Origin: a virus
Lineage: Duplodnaviria > Caudoviricetes
Length of the DNA: 28,917 nucleotides
IMG/VR virus record: IMGVR_UViG_3300036719_000099
Span: 1 to 28,917 of that record
Direction: 5' to 3' (one strand)
Shown here piece after piece: positions 26,462-28,917 of the stretch. A model generated the notes under the pieces. The model saw only the letters and a program-made list of their open reading frames with translations, was not told the origin of the DNA and ran no database searches. The stretch's first letter is position 1, and every line of letters starts with the position of its first letter. Made by a program: the position numbers and the translations under genes.

Positions 26462-28318
26462 TTACCACTGACTAACAAAACTCTTCCTGCGTGGTGGCGC
26501 CACCTTATTGCGCTTCTCCTCGACGCCCTGCGCAGACTCCAGCCTCCGCTCCATCTGGTCCCACAGCGTTCGCTTGTCATACACCATGTACAGCCGATGC
26601 AGCGCTGCATAGCCATACACCAACTCGTCCACCGCTTCATTGGCTGCATTAGGGCGCTTCACCCAATGGCGTTCAGGGAAGCCATTCTTGAATCGCATCA
26701 CCTGCTTCTCAGCAGTCAGCTCCTCGAAGTAATCGCCTGGCGTCGTCGGAAAGAAATGCAGATACCCAGCACCGGGATCGTTATGTCGCAACCTTGCGAA
26801 CAACAGTGATTTCACCGTGTCACCACCAACAGGAAAGACCTGCGCTCCTTTCTTGATGGTCTTGCCCTGGCTATTCACATCAACCTTGGTCGCCTTGCCA
26901 ATTGGCGGCTTGCCTTTCTGCGACATACCTTTCACCGCAATCACCCCAAGCTGTTGCCGCTCCTTGGCGTATTGATACACCACATGAGCGTTGAAGCCTG
27001 AGTCAATCGCGCAACACAGCACACGCCGCTCTGAGCCATCTTCTGCCTTGTACGGCGTCTGGAGCACTTGATCCAACTGGTTCCACACCTCAGGTCGTGT
27101 TGGGTCGCCATACAACTTGATCCGGTCCACCAGCCATCCTTCTTCCTCCCTACCCCATCCCCACACACTCAAGCTCAACCTGTCGTGCTGCACGTCGCAG
27201 CCAATCGTTAATGCCAACACCTCAGCAGGTGCCACACCTTGTTTGTAGGTCTCCTTGCCTGCACGCTCTGCCAATGCATCAGCGCCGATCTTGCTTGCGT
27301 ACTCGTCTTCCCACGTCTCACCCAACACCGTGTTTACAAAAGTTTTTAATTGCTCTGCATCATTCTTCGCCTCTAGGAACTCCTCCACCAAATTCGGCCA
27401 CATCGCATTTGGGCTGTAGCTATAAGCCGCCCAAATGTGAAATGACAGATGCTTGCCATTGCCCGGCGCTGTAGGCCGCCATTCGCCGCGTTCTACCATC
27501 CACCGCTTCTTCGTATGCGGAATCCATACCCCACACTTCTCGCAGCAGTAACTCGCTGTATCAGGGTCGCCATCACGCCACTTGATGTTCGTCCATTGCA
27601 AATACTGCATGTGTTCGCAGTCGGGGCATGGCACGAAATACCTGCGCTGGTCGCCCTGCTGGAACATCCGCTCCACACGGCTGAAATCCTTGATCGTCGG
27701 CGTTGAGCCGGCCACGATCTTGCGGTTCCAGTAATACTCCGTTCGCCTAATGCCCAGCTTGATCTGGTCACCCTCGGTACCAGCTGAAGGTGGGTAACCA
27801 TCCACCTCGTCAAACAACACCACCCGTCTGCTTACACGCCTGAAGCCACGCGGGCTGTTGGCACCCACCAAGCTCAGCGAACCCCCAGGAAACTGCTTCT
27901 GCAAGATCGTGTTTGCACCATCTTTTGCTTTCGCCTCGGTGACCAAACCAGCCAGACACGGCGTATCACGCAGCATCGGCGCGATCTCTTCCTTCGAGTA
28001 GCCCTGCGCATCCTCGATGGTTGGTTGGACAATCATCAAGGGACACGGATCCTGATGAATGTGATAGGCGGCAACGTGATTCAGGATCTTGCTGTAACCC
28101 ACGCGGGCGGATTTCATCACCGTGATCTGCTCTACCCTTGGATCAGTTATTGCATCCATAATCCCTTTTTGATATGGCAAAGTGTGCCATCTTCCGCCTT
28201 CTGCGCTGCTTTCTGCACTTAAATACGCATAATTGTCAGCCCACTCACTCAAACTCAACCGTTTTGGTGGCTTGAATGCTAACAACGTTGCTTTTTCAAC
28301 CCTTGTGATGTTACTCAT
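26462..28318 (-). CDS. terL: Terminase large subunit, lambda gpA family
   Basis: Start MSNITR (ATG 28318); KSARVGYS Walker A, VLFDEVD Walker B, GSTPT, CPDC/CEKC, FVNTVLGETW, IGCDVQ, NEAVD. Confidence 0.96.
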   Translation of the reverse strand: MSNITRVEKATLLAFKPPKRLSLSEWADNYAYLSAESSAEGGRWHTLPYQKGIMDAITDPRVEQITVMKSARVGYSKILNHVAAYHIHQDPCPLMIVQPTIEDAQGYSKEEIAPMLRDTPCLAGLVTEAKAKDGANTILQKQFPGGSLSLVGANSPRGFRRVSRRVVLFDEVDGYPPSAGTEGDQIKLGIRRTEYYWNRKIVAGSTPTIKDFSRVERMFQQGDQRRYFVPCPDCEHMQYLQWTNIKWRDGDPDTASYCCEKCGVWIPHTKKRWMVERGEWRPTAPGNGKHLSFHIWAAYSYSPNAMWPNLVEEFLEAKNDAEQLKTFVNTVLGETWEDEYASKIGADALAERAGKETYKQGVAPAEVLALTIGCDVQHDRLSLSVWGWGREEEGWLVDRIKLYGDPTRPEVWNQLDQVLQTPYKAEDGSERRVLCCAIDSGFNAHVVYQYAKERQQLGVIAVKGMSQKGKPPIGKATKVDVNSQGKTIKKGAQVFPVGGDTVKSLLFARLRHNDPGAGYLHFFPTTPGDYFEELTAEKQVMRFKNGFPERHWVKRPNAANEAVDELVYGYAALHRLYMVYDKRTLWDQMERRLESAQGVEEKRNKVAPPRRKSFVSQW

Positions 28319-28865
28319 CGTCCTCCGGTGCTTGCTCAGCCAGATCTTCCAGCGTTTCACGCACAATCGCATCCAGCACCCCAATGGCATCCACGTCCAA
28401 ATCAGGGATGCGCTGCTTTGCTTTTGTCGGGATGCCCAAAATCTTTGTCCTGGCCATCACCACAATCTCGACCCACTTCGCTTCGACATCGGCGGCAGGC
28501 ACCAGCAGCCCCTCCTTCTGCTTGCGCTCCAGCTCCAGCAGCTCTGCCTTGAGGTGCTCAGTCCTCGCCCTGCTCTCGTTGTAGTCGGGGACCGCTTCGC
28601 TGGTCTTGGTGATCCGAGGTGACACCCGCTCCTCACGGCTACGCAGTGCTGGCTTGTCCACTGTCTCTCCTGGTGACTTGGGTCCGACTCCAATACGCGA
28701 CTGGCTGTTGCGCGTCCATTCGTCGTACATGGTCTCACTGTTCACACGGATCTGACCATCGACGCAGTTCTTGGAGGTCAGGCGTCCCTCCGTGACTGCC
28801 TTGTAAACGGCTTGCTTACTGACGCCAAGCGCTTTCGCGGCTTCGGCTCTAGTGATCATTGGCAT
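28311..28865 (-). CDS. terS: Terminase small subunit (Nu1-like)
   Basis: N-terminal HTH (ITRAEAAKALGVSKQAVYKA); C-terminal YNESRARTEHLKAELLELE...GLLVPAADV...RTKILGIP; overlaps the terL start. Confidence 0.88.
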   Translation of the reverse strand: MPMITRAEAAKALGVSKQAVYKAVTEGRLTSKNCVDGQIRVNSETMYDEWTRNSQSRIGVGPKSPGETVDKPALRSREERVSPRITKTSEAVPDYNESRARTEHLKAELLELERKQKEGLLVPAADVEAKWVEIVVMARTKILGIPTKAKQRIPDLDVDAIGVLDAIVRETLEDLAEQAPEDDE

Positions 28866-28917
28866 ACACAAATACTACATTGAAATTGGATGACTGTGCT
28901 ACAGTGTCCCGCTTTTT

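Noticed and set aside
28319-28390. Extended N-termini given by the track for terL (and for gpI, the gpW-like gene and the Gly-rich fibre)
   Set aside because: Downstream ATGs give the typical short stop/start overlaps or spacing and begin at recognisable domains.
3164-28622. Many long plus-strand ORFs (e.g. 10052..10789, 17585..18331, 21713..22522)
   Set aside because: Antisense shadows of well-supported structural genes in GC-rich DNA, with no recognisable motifs.
1-28917. tRNA, rRNA, CRISPR array, IS elements, lysis genes
   Set aside because: None recognised by eye; coding density leaves little room. A tRNAscan/Infernal run would be needed to exclude small RNAs.

Overview
This window is the virion-morphogenesis operon of a lambda-like long-tailed phage (siphovirus), almost entirely on the minus strand. 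Gene order is terS, terL, gpW-like adaptor, portal, a fused protease/scaffold/HK97 capsid gene, head accessory genes, connectors, two tandem tail-tube paralogs, G/GT chaperones with a -1 frameshift, tape measure, gpM-L-K-I-J tail tip, and two fibre genes. Several small ORFs resemble proteins I recall from cyanophages, so a picocyanobacterial host is inferred. The ORF track misses a tyrosine recombinase (821 to <1, minus strand, running off the window edge) directly after the last fibre gene. That fibre gene carries five TAG-N9-CTA inverted-repeat sites (four exact, one with a mismatch). All five are in the same codon phase, sit at module junctions, and have different 7-bp cores; a sixth near-match lies just after the stop codon. 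This suggests a recombinase-driven system for swapping fibre modules. A second candidate system is a set of short acidic triple-repeat peptides (LLxEDG-type and DGG-type) inserted in several virion proteins, which may be docking sites for trimeric fibres. All family assignments are from motif recognition and gene order, not database searches.
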